Shown in pieces: positions 19,719 to 29,254 of a DNA stretch of 64,000 bases (position 1 is the stretch's first letter; every line of letters begins with the position of its first letter). The notes beneath the pieces were generated by a model. It had not been told where the DNA came from. It made no database searches and saw only the letters and a list, made by a program, of their open reading frames with translations. The position numbers were made by a program, and so were the translations under genes. This stretch comes from an uncultured bacterium (lineage in GTDB: Bacteria > Bacteroidota > Bacteroidia > J057 > JADKCL01), in the NCBI GenBank assembly GCA_963923035.1, contig CAWUKT010000009.1, forward strand, positions 64,163 to 128,162, written 5' to 3'.

Positions 19719-20009
19719 TCTGCAAGATCGTAAAAGTTTAGGCGATTGGGCGGGTTAAAATCAGATGTTGCTCTTTGGGGAAAATAGGGGATGGGAACAA
19801 GGTGGAATGTCCCTTTTTGATCATCTGAATCGTGTTAGGTAAAATTCGGGGATACTTGCGGTAGGTGTCGGAGGCGTCTGTGGAGCTCCCGCGTGAGCGG
19901 AGCGACTGCCGGAGGGACCGCCCGGCCCGGAGAGGGCCGGGACCGCCCATTCACTGCTTCCATTCGTGGGAATTCCTCCATCTCATGTACCTTTGGAAAA
20001 AAGGAAATT

Positions 20010-20336
20010 ATGGCAGAACCTTTGACGATAACAGATGCAGCGGCAAACGCGATTCGAGAGGTGATGGCGACGCAGTCGGTTCCGGCGGATTATGCGCTGC
20101 GGGTCGGGATGCGGGGCGGTGGTTGTGGTGGCATGGGTTATATCCTGGGTTTTGATCAGAAAAAAGAGGCGGACCTGGAATATGAGGTGGCGGGGATGCG
20201 GGTGGTCATCGATCGGGCGCACAGCATGTATGTGTTGGGCATGGAGATCGACTGGCACGAGGACGCCGAGCAACGCGGTTTTGTCTTCAACAATCCGAGG
20301 GAGCGGGAAGCGGCCGAGGCGAAGTTGGATAAATGA
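20010..20336 (+). CDS. HesB/IscA-family iron-sulfur cluster insertion-like protein (single-Cys variant)
   Basis: MAEPLTITDAAANAIREVM..LRVGMRGGGCGGMGYILGFD..VVIDRAHSMYVLGMEIDW..GFVFNNP. The C-terminal CGC motif is absent. ATG 20010 chosen inside the longer ORF that starts at 19893. Confidence 0.8.
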   Translation: MAEPLTITDAAANAIREVMATQSVPADYALRVGMRGGGCGGMGYILGFDQKKEADLEYEVAGMRVVIDRAHSMYVLGMEIDWHEDAEQRGFVFNNPREREAAEAKLDK

Positions 20337-20521
20337 ATCCTACCCCAGAAATGAGTTTTGTTGGGGTGTGGGAAAGAGGATTGGATTAAGTAAAGGGAAG
20401 TATTAAATTCGGCATTGATTCAACACCCCTGCAGCTTTGGTAGAGGCTGCCTGGAACCTATCTGCTGAGTTTTGGTTTCCAGCCGGGGGCTATCCAACGG
20501 AAAAATAAACGCGCCCATAAT

Positions 20522-21229
20522 TTGAACCTTGTTCTGACATTCTTTCTCGGAGTTGTTACGAGCTACGTGGTGTCAATCCCGATTGGACCGGTGAACATGG
20601 CTGTTTTTCAGGCAGTTCTGAACCGGAACCGGTGGGCGGGGTACAGTATTGGTTTGGGGGCGATCCTGGCGGAGGCGATTTACTGCGGGATTCCGCTGTT
20701 TGGGATTGGGGGCTTGGACAAGGACCATGTGGTATTTGACGTGATGTACATCGTGTTCATTCCGATTTTGTTTTTCCTGGGCGTGTTGACAATTCGCAAT
20801 CGGAAGAAGGGAATTGAGGAAAAGCCGACGGACATCGATTCGATGAATACGGAGAAGGTGAAGGTGGCGGTGCCGCGGCGGCGGGGATATCTCGGGATGA
20901 TTGGGTACGGTTTCCTGTTGTGTGGGTCGAATCCGATGACCTTTATCTTCTGGGTGCAAGCGACGATCTTCCTGCAAAAAGGGCAGTGGGTGAGCGATGA
21001 CTTGCCGTCGATCATCTCCTTTTATATCGGTGTGCCCATCGGAACCTTTATCCTGTACGCCTCCTTCGCCCAGCTGGCCCATTTCACCCGCCGACGCATC
21101 AACGATCTGCTGCGGATCCGCCTGAATCTCTTCGTGGGCTGGGTGTTTCTCTTCCTCTCGGTCTACCTCCTCCTGGTCTACCTCGAATCCAAAGCGATTT
21201 ACGATTTTCCCATCATTTCTGAGGCTTAG
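20522..21229 (+). CDS. LysE/RhtB-family amino-acid exporter
   Basis: Six-TM protein with an N-terminus typical of LysE-type translocators (VVSIPIGPVNMAVFQAVLNRNRWAGYSIGLGAILAEAIY). TTG start. Confidence 0.8.
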   Translation: MNLVLTFFLGVVTSYVVSIPIGPVNMAVFQAVLNRNRWAGYSIGLGAILAEAIYCGIPLFGIGGLDKDHVVFDVMYIVFIPILFFLGVLTIRNRKKGIEEKPTDIDSMNTEKVKVAVPRRRGYLGMIGYGFLLCGSNPMTFIFWVQATIFLQKGQWVSDDLPSIISFYIGVPIGTFILYASFAQLAHFTRRRINDLLRIRLNLFVGWVFLFLSVYLLLVYLESKAIYDFPIISEA

Positions 21230-21345
21230 GACTTTATAAGTTCCTGGTTAGAGTTCCGATACTGGTCCGGACCGGCTTGGTAATGGTGTGGAAAAGGCGT
21301 AAACTATTCCTTCAAACATTAATTACCTTTCTAAATCACTGTCGT

Positions 21346-21705
21346 ATGAAGCTGCGAAATCCTTTTGGAGGAGGCATCCTGTTGATGGCCGTCCTCTGCC
21401 TTGCATTCCTGTCGTCCCTCCAGGCGGCACAGCCCGATGTTCCCACGGAAGAAGGGATCAGTATGGTGATCTCGGTGGACCCCGTAGAAGGCCTGGTGCT
21501 GGTGGAAGTGTCCATCGGCGATGGACTGGACCTGGACTGGGAATATCCGAGTTACCAGGTGAATGGCCCGGTTTCGGGCGGAGGGGGAGGCGTTTGGGAC
21601 CTGCCGGGAGTCGTGGAAATCGATGTCACCGGATGGCCCAAGGGAACGTATGAATTGCTGCTCGACACGCCCCTGGGCGTGTTGACGGGGACTTTTGAGT
21701 TGTAG
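21346..21705 (+). CDS. Small secreted hypothetical protein
   Basis: MKLRNPFGGGILLMAVLCLAFLSSLQAAQP is a signal peptide. The rest is a beta-rich 119-aa product. ATG 21346 chosen inside the ORF that starts at 21277. Confidence 0.55.
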   Translation: MKLRNPFGGGILLMAVLCLAFLSSLQAAQPDVPTEEGISMVISVDPVEGLVLVEVSIGDGLDLDWEYPSYQVNGPVSGGGGGVWDLPGVVEIDVTGWPKGTYELLLDTPLGVLTGTFEL

Positions 21706-21731
21706 AAAAAGAGTAAGCGCTGAAAAAAATG

Positions 21732-21762
21732 GCCCGACTTGCGGAAAAGCTGCAAGTCGGGC
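21732..21762. terminator. Bidirectional intrinsic terminator between convergent genes
   Basis: Perfect 11-bp stem gcccgacttgc/gcaagtcgggc with a 9-nt loop. An A-run lies on the left (a T-run for the minus-strand transcript). Confidence 0.6.
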
Positions 21763-21779
21763 ACTTCATTAGAGGTGGA

Positions 21780-23297
21780 TTATTGGACGGCGAGGCGGAC
21801 GTTTTCGGAGCCGGCATGGTTGCCGAGCTTCACGAGGTACAGGCCGCGCTCAAGTTGGGACACGTCAAATTCGGTGACGAGGTCGGTGGTGGCGCCTTCC
21901 AGGACCAGGCGGCCCTGGAGATCGTAGACTTGTACCTGAACCGGATCATCGATGTCGTTCAGGTAGACCTTGAAGATGTTCTGGGCGGGGTTGGGGGAGA
22001 TTTTGAAATTGCTGATGTGCTCGGTGACATAATTGCCATTGGACTGCTTGTTGGCGCCGCTGGTCAATCGGATGTCGTCGATGCGGGAAGTGATGGTATT
22101 GTTCTTTGACCGGTAGAGGCGGAACCAATTCAACGCGGAGAGATTGGGTGAGCCGCCGGTGGTTCCAGCGGAGGAGTAGGGGAGTTCCAGTTTGTTCCAA
22201 CCGGTTTGGAGGCTACCGCGAGAGATGCCCCAGTGGTATTCCTGGCTATCGGCCTGGCCAGCACTGCCCAGCTCGACCTGGTCGCTGGAATTCATGCGGG
22301 AAATGCTGGAAACATAGTACCAGAGTTCCAATTGGTTGGTTCCCGAGCCATCGATGGTGGAGCTGAAGGACTTGCGGAAGTCGTCGGTCCCCTGGCCGAT
22401 TGACTTGATGCTGTGGCTGCCCTGCTGACGGGTTCCGCTGAGGACCAAGCTGTTGGCGCTGCTGTTGGTCCAGCCGCTGGTACTTTCGCAAAGGTCGACG
22501 ATGACGTCACTGCCGCCGCCTCCGCCCCCGCCGCTGCCGGAGGGATTGATGGTGAAGTCGATGACGACATCGTTGTTGCCGCCGCCTGTACAGTTGATGC
22601 CCCGGATCCAGCGGTCATCGGTGCGGCTGCCATCGGTGCTTTCATAAGCCACCAGAATGCCGTCGTCGCCGTTTCGTTCGGCTTTTTCGATGATCATGGC
22701 GGTACGGGAATAGTCCGAGCGGGAGTAAACGCGTCCGATGTGGGGATCGTCAAACACGCAGGACAGGAAGCGGACGCCATTGTTCGCCGTCGCGATTGAA
22801 TTGAGGGAGCGGGCGGGGCCTCGGGTCTTGTTGCCACTGCACCCGCTGCCGCCTCCGCCCTGGGTATCCTTGGCGGAGAGGCTTTCCCGAATCGGATTGC
22901 TGTTGCTGACGCCCCGGAGGGTGATGACATAGACAAAGGCATTCTTGGAGCTGTTGAAATTGAGGACCTTGGTTTGGCCAGATTGGTAGACCCGGTAGCG
23001 GGCTTCCTGGTTGATGTCGGCGGGTCCACGTTTCTCGATGAGGCTCCAACCCGAGGGCGGGGCGAGGTTGGTCGCGTCACTTTGGCCCAGGAAAAGGAAG
23101 GAGACGTCTCCCGGTTGGATATTGCTGGGTAAATCCACTCTCAGGGAACCACTGCTGGACCGGTCGTCGTAGCCGTCGCCCACAATGGAAATCGATGAGC
23201 CTGAAATGGAAGTGGTCTGGGCGTGGATCGAAGGGGTTCCACAGAGAAAAAGCATCCCCCACAGGGTCAGGAATGTCAACTTGAGTTTCTGTTTCAT
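21780..23297 (-). CDS. Secreted protein with T9SS C-terminal sorting domain and poly-Gly linkers
   Basis: Signal peptide MKQKLKLTFLTLWGMLFLCGTPSIHAQ. Linkers GGGGSG and SGSGGGGGGGS. C-terminus KISPNPAQNIFKVYL..VQVYDLQGRLV..LERGLYLVKL is a typical Por/T9SS CTD. Confidence 0.85.
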   Translation of the reverse strand: MKQKLKLTFLTLWGMLFLCGTPSIHAQTTSISGSSISIVGDGYDDRSSSGSLRVDLPSNIQPGDVSFLFLGQSDATNLAPPSGWSLIEKRGPADINQEARYRVYQSGQTKVLNFNSSKNAFVYVITLRGVSNSNPIRESLSAKDTQGGGGSGCSGNKTRGPARSLNSIATANNGVRFLSCVFDDPHIGRVYSRSDYSRTAMIIEKAERNGDDGILVAYESTDGSRTDDRWIRGINCTGGGNNDVVIDFTINPSGSGGGGGGGSDVIVDLCESTSGWTNSSANSLVLSGTRQQGSHSIKSIGQGTDDFRKSFSSTIDGSGTNQLELWYYVSSISRMNSSDQVELGSAGQADSQEYHWGISRGSLQTGWNKLELPYSSAGTTGGSPNLSALNWFRLYRSKNNTITSRIDDIRLTSGANKQSNGNYVTEHISNFKISPNPAQNIFKVYLNDIDDPVQVQVYDLQGRLVLEGATTDLVTEFDVSQLERGLYLVKLGNHAGSENVRLAVQ

Positions 23298-23696
23298 GGT
23301 GAATAAGATTTAAGAGGCTTGATATTTGAATGCATCGTCCTTGTTTTCGGGAAACCAAAAATCTGGCGGTTCGGCGGCCAGTCACGTAGCTGGGAACTGG
23401 CCGGACAATACATCCGTTCCCGACTACCTATTTCCTGCTGTTGAAGCATAGCATAGGTGTCAGACAATGAGGCACGGTCCAAGGGCCCCCTTACGGGGCT
23501 AACAATCTTCGAATACCAAGAAAATGTGGGTCTCCCGAGCTTCGGGAACTGTTTTTACTATCGCCCAATAATGCCACAATAATTCCAAAGGGGCAAGATT
23601 TTGTTCCGAAGACAGGCTTTTTGTTCCGAAGTTCGGTGGGGATCGGTGGCTTGAAATGAAAGGGTGCCTGGGAGTAATGGGTTTGTTGCCGCTGGG

Positions 23697-24392
23697 CTAT
23701 TCAAATGACAGCTTGAGGTCGTGGAGCTCTCCGTCCCGGGCTTCGAGGGTCCGGGCGGGATAGCGGCGAATGAGGTCGTGCTCATGGGTCGCCATGATGA
23801 TGGAGGTGCCGGCAAGGTGGATGCGGAACAGGACCTCCATGATGCGGTCGGTGGCCTCGGGGTCCAGGTTGCCGGTGGGCTCGTCGGCGAGGAGGAGAAT
23901 GGGTTCGTTGATGAGGGCACGGGCAATGGTGACGCGTTGTTGCTCGCCTCCGGAGAGCTGGTGCGGCATGGAATTGCCTTTGTCGGCCAGGCCGACTTGT
24001 TCCAGGAGCTCGATCGCCCGGGTCTTCATGGCTTTGCGGTCGCGCCAGCCGGTGGCCCGCATGGCGAGGCGGATATTGTCGAAGACATTCCGGTCGGGCA
24101 GCAGCTGAAAGTCCTGGAACACGATTCCGAGCTTGCGCCGGAGCTGGGGAACCTGCCGCTTTTTGATCTGGCCGATGTTGTAGTCGCCGACGACGACTTC
24201 GCCCGCGATGGGAGCGAGGTCAGCATAAATGAGCTTCAGGATCGAACTTTTTCCCGCCCCGGTCTTCCCAATCAGGTAGACGAATTCGCCCTGGAGCATA
24301 TTGAAGTGGACCTTGTGGAGGACCACTTTGTCTCCATAACCGGTGGAGACGTTGCGAAATTCGAGTACGTTTTGGGTATAGTCCTGGTTCAT
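23697..24392 (-). CDS. ftsE: Cell-division ABC ATPase FtsE
   Basis: Walker [10 protein letters not shown], signature LSGGEQQR, Walker [13 protein letters not shown]. The ~230-aa size is typical of FtsE. No ftsX is adjacent. Confidence 0.85.
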   Translation of the reverse strand: MNQDYTQNVLEFRNVSTGYGDKVVLHKVHFNMLQGEFVYLIGKTGAGKSSILKLIYADLAPIAGEVVVGDYNIGQIKKRQVPQLRRKLGIVFQDFQLLPDRNVFDNIRLAMRATGWRDRKAMKTRAIELLEQVGLADKGNSMPHQLSGGEQQRVTIARALINEPILLLADEPTGNLDPEATDRIMEVLFRIHLAGTSIIMATHEHDLIRRYPARTLEARDGELHDLKLSFE

Positions 24393-24577
24393 AGTGGGGT
24401 TCGGATGATTTGGTGGGCCGGAGCCTCCAGAAGGATAGTACGGATGTCGGCCGGTGCGAGTTTACTGCCCGTGTCACGGGCCAGTTGGTCCACCTGCTCA
24501 GGCAGGTAAATGCCAATGAGGTCAAAGGCTTCGTTCCGGACCTGCCAACGGGTTGGCCGACCAGCGTTTGAGACCAT
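24389..24577 (-). CDS. Small hypothetical protein (62 aa), stop overlaps the ftsE start
   Basis: The ORF's TGA (24391-24389) overlaps the ftsE ATG as ATGA. ATG 24577 or TTG 24604 are possible starts. No motif recognised, so it may not be a real gene. Confidence 0.35.
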   Translation of the reverse strand: MVSNAGRPTRWQVRNEAFDLIGIYLPEQVDQLARDTGSKLAPADIRTILLEAPAHQIIRTPL

Positions 24578-24731
24578 TTTCAGGATGTAAAAGCGCTTGT
24601 TCAACTGCCTGTAAATTCAATCCTTAAACACGGTGGTTTGGTACTGTTGGCCGTAAATATAGGGCATTTTCGAAATCCATTCTCCCTCCCAAAATAAAAT
24701 GAGATTATTTTCCGAATAAGAAAATTAGTTA

Positions 24732-24739
24732 TAACTTTG
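24732..24739 (+). promoter_or_regulatory. Candidate Bacteroidota -7 promoter element TAACTTTG (TAnnTTTG)
   Basis: Matches the sigma-A -7 consensus TAnnTTTG, 61 nt upstream of the ATG at 24800 in an AT-rich spacer. The -33 element is only partial (TTTT at ~24708). Confidence 0.3.
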
Positions 24740-24799
24740 CTTGCTGTTTAAATACCGTATTACATTAAGAAAACCGCACATTTCGTAAAGAACTTTATC

Positions 24800-26527
24800 A
24801 TGAGGAAGGTTTTTCAATTCGTTTTATTTGCAGGCTTGGTATCCATTGCCTTCTCTGCCTGTAAAGTATTCCAGGGCGCGAGTGTCAACTGTAGCCCGGA
24901 TCCGATTGAGGTGCATGCCGACTCCATCCGCTACCAGCTGAAAGCCAGCGTGCCTCCCAAGTCTGGTTTGAAGAAAGGTGGAACTTACATCGGTGAAGCC
25001 AAGATCGGTGGTGTCTCCCAAGGCAAGATCGTATTCTCAGCCGACAAGTACCCGGAAGTCAAGAAGACGGGTATCGACACGACCCTCAAGTTTGCCCGTC
25101 CCTTCGAAGACAAGATGGATGGCAATTCCCTGCTGATCCAGCAGAACTACGAGCGCAAAGGCAAAGAATTCGAATTGCCGGACGTCGAAAACCTGTGTAA
25201 CTGCTGTATCACCACCTCCCGCATGGTGTATGAAGGTTCTTACCTGATCTTCTCCAAGCACAACTACCAGAAGGAAGTCGAAGTCAACCGCTCCGCGGAA
25301 TTCAACTTCCCCAAAAACGTTTCTGATATCCAGCCCGGTGAATACAACCAATCCGACGTTCTCGCCATCGGCGACTTCCTGAAGAACAAGTATGTCGCCA
25401 AAAAGGTGATCATCGAAGGTTTCGCTTCTCCGGAAGGTCCTTATAAGCGCAACGTTGAACTCTCCGTTGAACGTTCCAAGCAAGTTCAGGACTGGTTGAT
25501 TGCCCAACTCAAAGAAGGTGGTTACGAAAACTACCTCGATACGACCTTCTTCGAAATCAGCGTCACCAACGAAGACTGGGACGGTTTCAAAGCCAGCATT
25601 CAGTCTCAGCCCTACTCTCAGGACGTCAAGAACCAAATCGTCCAGCTCGTTTCCGCTGGTCTCGATCCCAACGATCTTGAAAAGCAGGTCATGGCCCTCG
25701 TCGGTGGTAAAGACCGCGTTGAGAACATCCTCGCTCCCCTCCGTCGTGCGACCATCAAAATGGAAGGTTACGAAGCCCGCCGCACCGACGAAGAAATCGA
25801 CGAAATCGCCCGCCAGTTTGTTCGCGGTGGTTTTGAAGGCAGCCTGAAAGATACCTACGAAAAAGAAGAGTGGCTGTACGCCATCTCCCGCATCGACAAG
25901 ACCCGTGGCAAGAAGGCTCTCCTTGAGGCTTTCCGCGACGCTTACCCGTCTGACCCGCGTGCCTTCAACGACCTTGGTGTCATTGCCCTCATCGAAGGCG
26001 ACCTCGACGCAGGTATGAACTACCTCGACAAGGCGTACAAGCTCAACAAATCTGAGCACTCCATCCTGAACAACATCGGTGTTGCTTACCTCAAGAATGG
26101 CAAATACAAGAACGCTCAAACCGTTCTCGAAAGCTCCATCGCCGCCAACAGCACTCCCGAAGCCAACTTCAACCTGGGTGTTGTCATGGAAAAGATGGCC
26201 CGCTACAACATGGCCATCGAGAAGTTCAACAACGCTTCCGAACTGGAAGGTGCACTCTACAACGCTGGTCTTTGCAAGCTCCTCATGGGTAACCTCTCCG
26301 GAGCCAAGAACACCCTGACCGAAGCGACCAAGCAGTCTGGCGACAACATGGCTGAGCCTTACTATGCCCTCGCCGTCGTCGGTGCCCGCACCAAAGACGC
26401 CAGCGTCATGGGTAAAAACCTCCGCAAGGCTTGCCAGATCAACAGTGCCATGAAGGCCAAGGCCCGCAAAGACCTTGAGTTCCGCAACTACTACACCTCT
26501 ACTGAATTCAAAGTGGCAACCGAATAG
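24800..26527 (+). CDS. Lipoprotein with OmpA-like segment and C-terminal TPR repeats
   Basis: Lipobox SIAFSAC. VIIEGFASPEGPYKRNVELSVERSKQV resembles an OmpA C-terminal-like motif. TPR-like repeats run from NDLGVIALIEGDLDAGMNYLDKAYKL to YNAGLCKLLMGNLSGAKNTL. Confidence 0.85.
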   Translation: MRKVFQFVLFAGLVSIAFSACKVFQGASVNCSPDPIEVHADSIRYQLKASVPPKSGLKKGGTYIGEAKIGGVSQGKIVFSADKYPEVKKTGIDTTLKFARPFEDKMDGNSLLIQQNYERKGKEFELPDVENLCNCCITTSRMVYEGSYLIFSKHNYQKEVEVNRSAEFNFPKNVSDIQPGEYNQSDVLAIGDFLKNKYVAKKVIIEGFASPEGPYKRNVELSVERSKQVQDWLIAQLKEGGYENYLDTTFFEISVTNEDWDGFKASIQSQPYSQDVKNQIVQLVSAGLDPNDLEKQVMALVGGKDRVENILAPLRRATIKMEGYEARRTDEEIDEIARQFVRGGFEGSLKDTYEKEEWLYAISRIDKTRGKKALLEAFRDAYPSDPRAFNDLGVIALIEGDLDAGMNYLDKAYKLNKSEHSILNNIGVAYLKNGKYKNAQTVLESSIAANSTPEANFNLGVVMEKMARYNMAIEKFNNASELEGALYNAGLCKLLMGNLSGAKNTLTEATKQSGDNMAEPYYALAVVGARTKDASVMGKNLRKACQINSAMKAKARKDLEFRNYYTSTEFKVATE

Positions 26528-26553
26528 GATTCGGTTCCTCACCAAGAGATACT

Positions 26554-26585
26554 GGGCTGTCCTTCGGGATGGCCCTTTTTTATTT
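26554..26585 (+). terminator. Intrinsic terminator
   Basis: gggctgtcc-TTCG-ggatggccc forms a 9-bp stem (2 G-U pairs) with a UUCG loop, followed by TTTTTTATTT. Lies 27 nt after the stop at 26527. Confidence 0.75.
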
Positions 26586-26646
26586 GGTCCCCTGTGGTCC
26601 GTCCCCACGGGGATTTTTTGTACTTTTGCCGGACAATAAATTGTGA

Positions 26647-27954
26647 ATGAAGACGAAAGCCTACGAAAAGCACAAGGTCAATATCATCACCCTCGGATGT
26701 TCGAAGAATGTGGTGGATTCTGAGGTGATGCTCACCCAACTCAATGGGAACGGCATTGCGGCCACCCACGAGTCCGAGGATGACAACGCCAATGTGATCA
26801 TTGTGAATACCTGTGGATTCATTGATCGGGCCAAGGAAGAGTCCATCAACACCATTCTGGACTATGCCGAGCTGCGTGAATCGGGGCAGATCGACCGTTT
26901 GTATGTGACGGGCTGTTTGTCGGAGCGGTACCGCGATGAGTTGCGGACCGAAATTCCGGTGGTGGACGATTGGTTCGGGACGATGGAATTGCCGAGTCTG
27001 CTCAGGAAGTTCAATGCCGATTACAAGAAGGAATTGGTAGGAGAACGTCTCATCACGACCGATGCCCACTACGCTTACCTGAAGATTGCGGAAGGTTGCG
27101 ACCGGCCGTGTTCCTTCTGCGCGATCCCGCTCATGCGGGGCAAGCACCGTTCCCGGTCCATCGAAGAGCTGACCCAGGAAGCGGCTTGGCTGGTCAAGCG
27201 CGGGGTCAAGGAAATCATGCTGATCGCGCAGGACCTGACCTATTACGGCCTCGACCTCTACCGCCAGCGCCGCCTCAACGATCTCCTCAAAAGCCTCTCC
27301 GACGTCGAGGGCCTGGAGTGGATCCGGCTGCATTATGCCTATCCCAGCGGCTTCCCCGTGGACATTCTGCCCACGATGGCCGAGCGCGACAATATTTGCA
27401 ATTACCTCGACATGCCCTTGCAGCACATCTCCGATCCGATGCTGAAGGCCATGCGTCGGGGGACCACCTCCAAGCGGACCTACGATTTGCTGGAGCAAAT
27501 CCGTGCAGAGGTGCCCGGCATTGCGATGCGGACCACCCTGATTTCGGGGTATCCCGGTGAGACGCAGCAAGACCACGAGGAGCTGTTGGCCTTTGTGGAA
27601 AAAGCGCGCTTTGAGCGACTGGGTGTGTTTACCTATTCGCACGAAGAGAATACCCACGCCTTCAATGCGGAGGATGATGTGCCGGAGGAGGAGAAAGAGC
27701 GGCGCAAGGGGGAAGTAATGGAATTGCAGCAGGGCATTTCCTTTGAATTGAACCAGGAGAAAGTCGGAAAAACGCTGAAAGTCCTGATCGACCGGGCGGA
27801 AGGCGAGTTTTTTGTCGGACGGACCGAATACGATTCCCCCGAAGTGGACAATGAGGTGCTGGTAAATGGGGAAGGCTTGAAAGTGGGCGAATTTTATCCC
27901 GTCGAAATCCAGGATGCCACCGAATTTGATCTGTTTGGAACGGTTGCTGAATGA
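26647..27954 (+). CDS. rimO: Ribosomal protein S12 methylthiotransferase RimO
   Basis: N-terminal UPF0004 cysteines (ITLGCSKN..VNTCGFI), radical-SAM CxxxCxxC motif (CDRPCSFCAIP), C-terminal TRAM domain, 435 aa. Confidence 0.9.
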   Translation: MKTKAYEKHKVNIITLGCSKNVVDSEVMLTQLNGNGIAATHESEDDNANVIIVNTCGFIDRAKEESINTILDYAELRESGQIDRLYVTGCLSERYRDELRTEIPVVDDWFGTMELPSLLRKFNADYKKELVGERLITTDAHYAYLKIAEGCDRPCSFCAIPLMRGKHRSRSIEELTQEAAWLVKRGVKEIMLIAQDLTYYGLDLYRQRRLNDLLKSLSDVEGLEWIRLHYAYPSGFPVDILPTMAERDNICNYLDMPLQHISDPMLKAMRRGTTSKRTYDLLEQIRAEVPGIAMRTTLISGYPGETQQDHEELLAFVEKARFERLGVFTYSHEENTHAFNAEDDVPEEEKERRKGEVMELQQGISFELNQEKVGKTLKVLIDRAEGEFFVGRTEYDSPEVDNEVLVNGEGLKVGEFYPVEIQDATEFDLFGTVAE

Positions 27955-29192
27955 GTCGGTGGGGGAGGAATAGCGCCCTGGGCTGGCTGGGTTTGTGCCT
28001 GGTGTTTCCCATGGTCCTTTTTTCCCAAACCAATTCCCCTGCATTTTCCGTTTCCTGCCTCAACCTCGAACGTCCCGCTGCCAATACGGTCCTTTTCCTC
28101 GAATTGGGCCCCACGTTTGGTTTGGTCGGGGCAAGTGGCTTTTTGGAAACCGATCTGGAAGTTCACCTCTCCTTCAAGACTCCGGGAACGGGCGAAATCG
28201 TATTCGAGAAGCGGTTTCGCGAGACCCAACAGTTCGATTTTTTCTCCGGAGCCGATCCTTTCTTTCGCGAATATACCTTTGACCTGCCCACGGGCGCTTA
28301 CGAGTTAGAAGTGGATCTTCGCAACCACAAGACGCGCCACAACCACCTCACGGTGCTGGAATACGAGTGCCGCGATTTTCAGACTACCGGTCTGAGCGAT
28401 ATCCTGCTCCTGCGGGAGACCGAAGGCGCGTTGGATCCCAAGCCTTTGGTAGGAGAATCCGTGACGGGGGTGACCGACCGCATCCGATTCCAGGTGGAGG
28501 TGTACAGCCCTCAGGATGAAGTCCTGACGGCCCGGATGATTCTGTACCGGGGCGTGGCTCCGAGCCCCCACAGCGACGATGGCGACCGTTTTCAGGTCAA
28601 CCGTTATACCTCTATCGTTCAGTTGAATGAAGTCATGGCCGTGGAAAATGGCCGGGCGGTATTCACGGATGGGATCGATTTATTTGACCTTGATGCGGGG
28701 CGCTACCTTTTCGAGATTTTCCTGTACCGTGACGATTCCCTCATTGTGGAACAGAATGCGTCCTTCGAATTGCCTTGGAAGCGATTGCGGGAGGTGTTTT
28801 TTGATCTGGACCAATCGATTGAGTGGATGGGATATGTGGCGGGAGAGGAAAAAGTGGCGGAATTGAAAGCGATTGAAGGAACGGACGAAAAATTGCAGGC
28901 GTTCCGGAGCTTTTGGGAGCAACGGGCGGAACCGGGTCGGGAAACGGGCACGGATGTCTTGGAACGCTATTACGGTCGGATTTTCTATGCCAATGAATTC
29001 CTGGCGGAAGATTCCCTGGCGGGTTGGCAGACCGAGCGGGGGCGCATTTATGCCCTCTATGGCGCGCCGGACCGGCGGGAGATGGTTCAGGGCTATGACG
29101 TTTGGCAATTCCAGGCCTTGCGCTTAAATTTCATCTTTGCGGAAGAAAATCAAGGATGGCGGCAGGTTTATCCGGTTTCGGCAGGCAATTAA
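27951..29192 (+). CDS. GWxTD domain-containing protein
   Basis: Signal peptide, plus the diagnostic LAGWQTERGRIYALYGAPD (GWxTD) segment near the C-terminus. ATGA overlap with the rimO stop. Confidence 0.85.
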   Translation: MSRWGRNSALGWLGLCLVFPMVLFSQTNSPAFSVSCLNLERPAANTVLFLELGPTFGLVGASGFLETDLEVHLSFKTPGTGEIVFEKRFRETQQFDFFSGADPFFREYTFDLPTGAYELEVDLRNHKTRHNHLTVLEYECRDFQTTGLSDILLLRETEGALDPKPLVGESVTGVTDRIRFQVEVYSPQDEVLTARMILYRGVAPSPHSDDGDRFQVNRYTSIVQLNEVMAVENGRAVFTDGIDLFDLDAGRYLFEIFLYRDDSLIVEQNASFELPWKRLREVFFDLDQSIEWMGYVAGEEKVAELKAIEGTDEKLQAFRSFWEQRAEPGRETGTDVLERYYGRIFYANEFLAEDSLAGWQTERGRIYALYGAPDRREMVQGYDVWQFQALRLNFIFAEENQGWRQVYPVSAGN

Positions 29193-29254
29193 TGGCCCCG
29201 AAATGCAACAAATCGCGGGCTCATCCGGTATGAATAGGGGTACCCTATGCGCTT

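Noticed and set aside
22511-22541. GC-rich low-complexity DNA (gccgccgcctccgcccccgccgctgcc).
   Set aside because: It is explained as the codons of the SGSGGGGGGGS inter-domain linker of the T9SS cargo protein. It is not a perfect tandem repeat.
25037-28044. Two long minus-strand ORFs (523 aa at 25037-26608 and 501 aa at 26539-28044).
   Set aside because: They are antisense to the strongly codon-biased lipoprotein gene and to rimO. Their translations are V/G/D/F-rich with no motifs.
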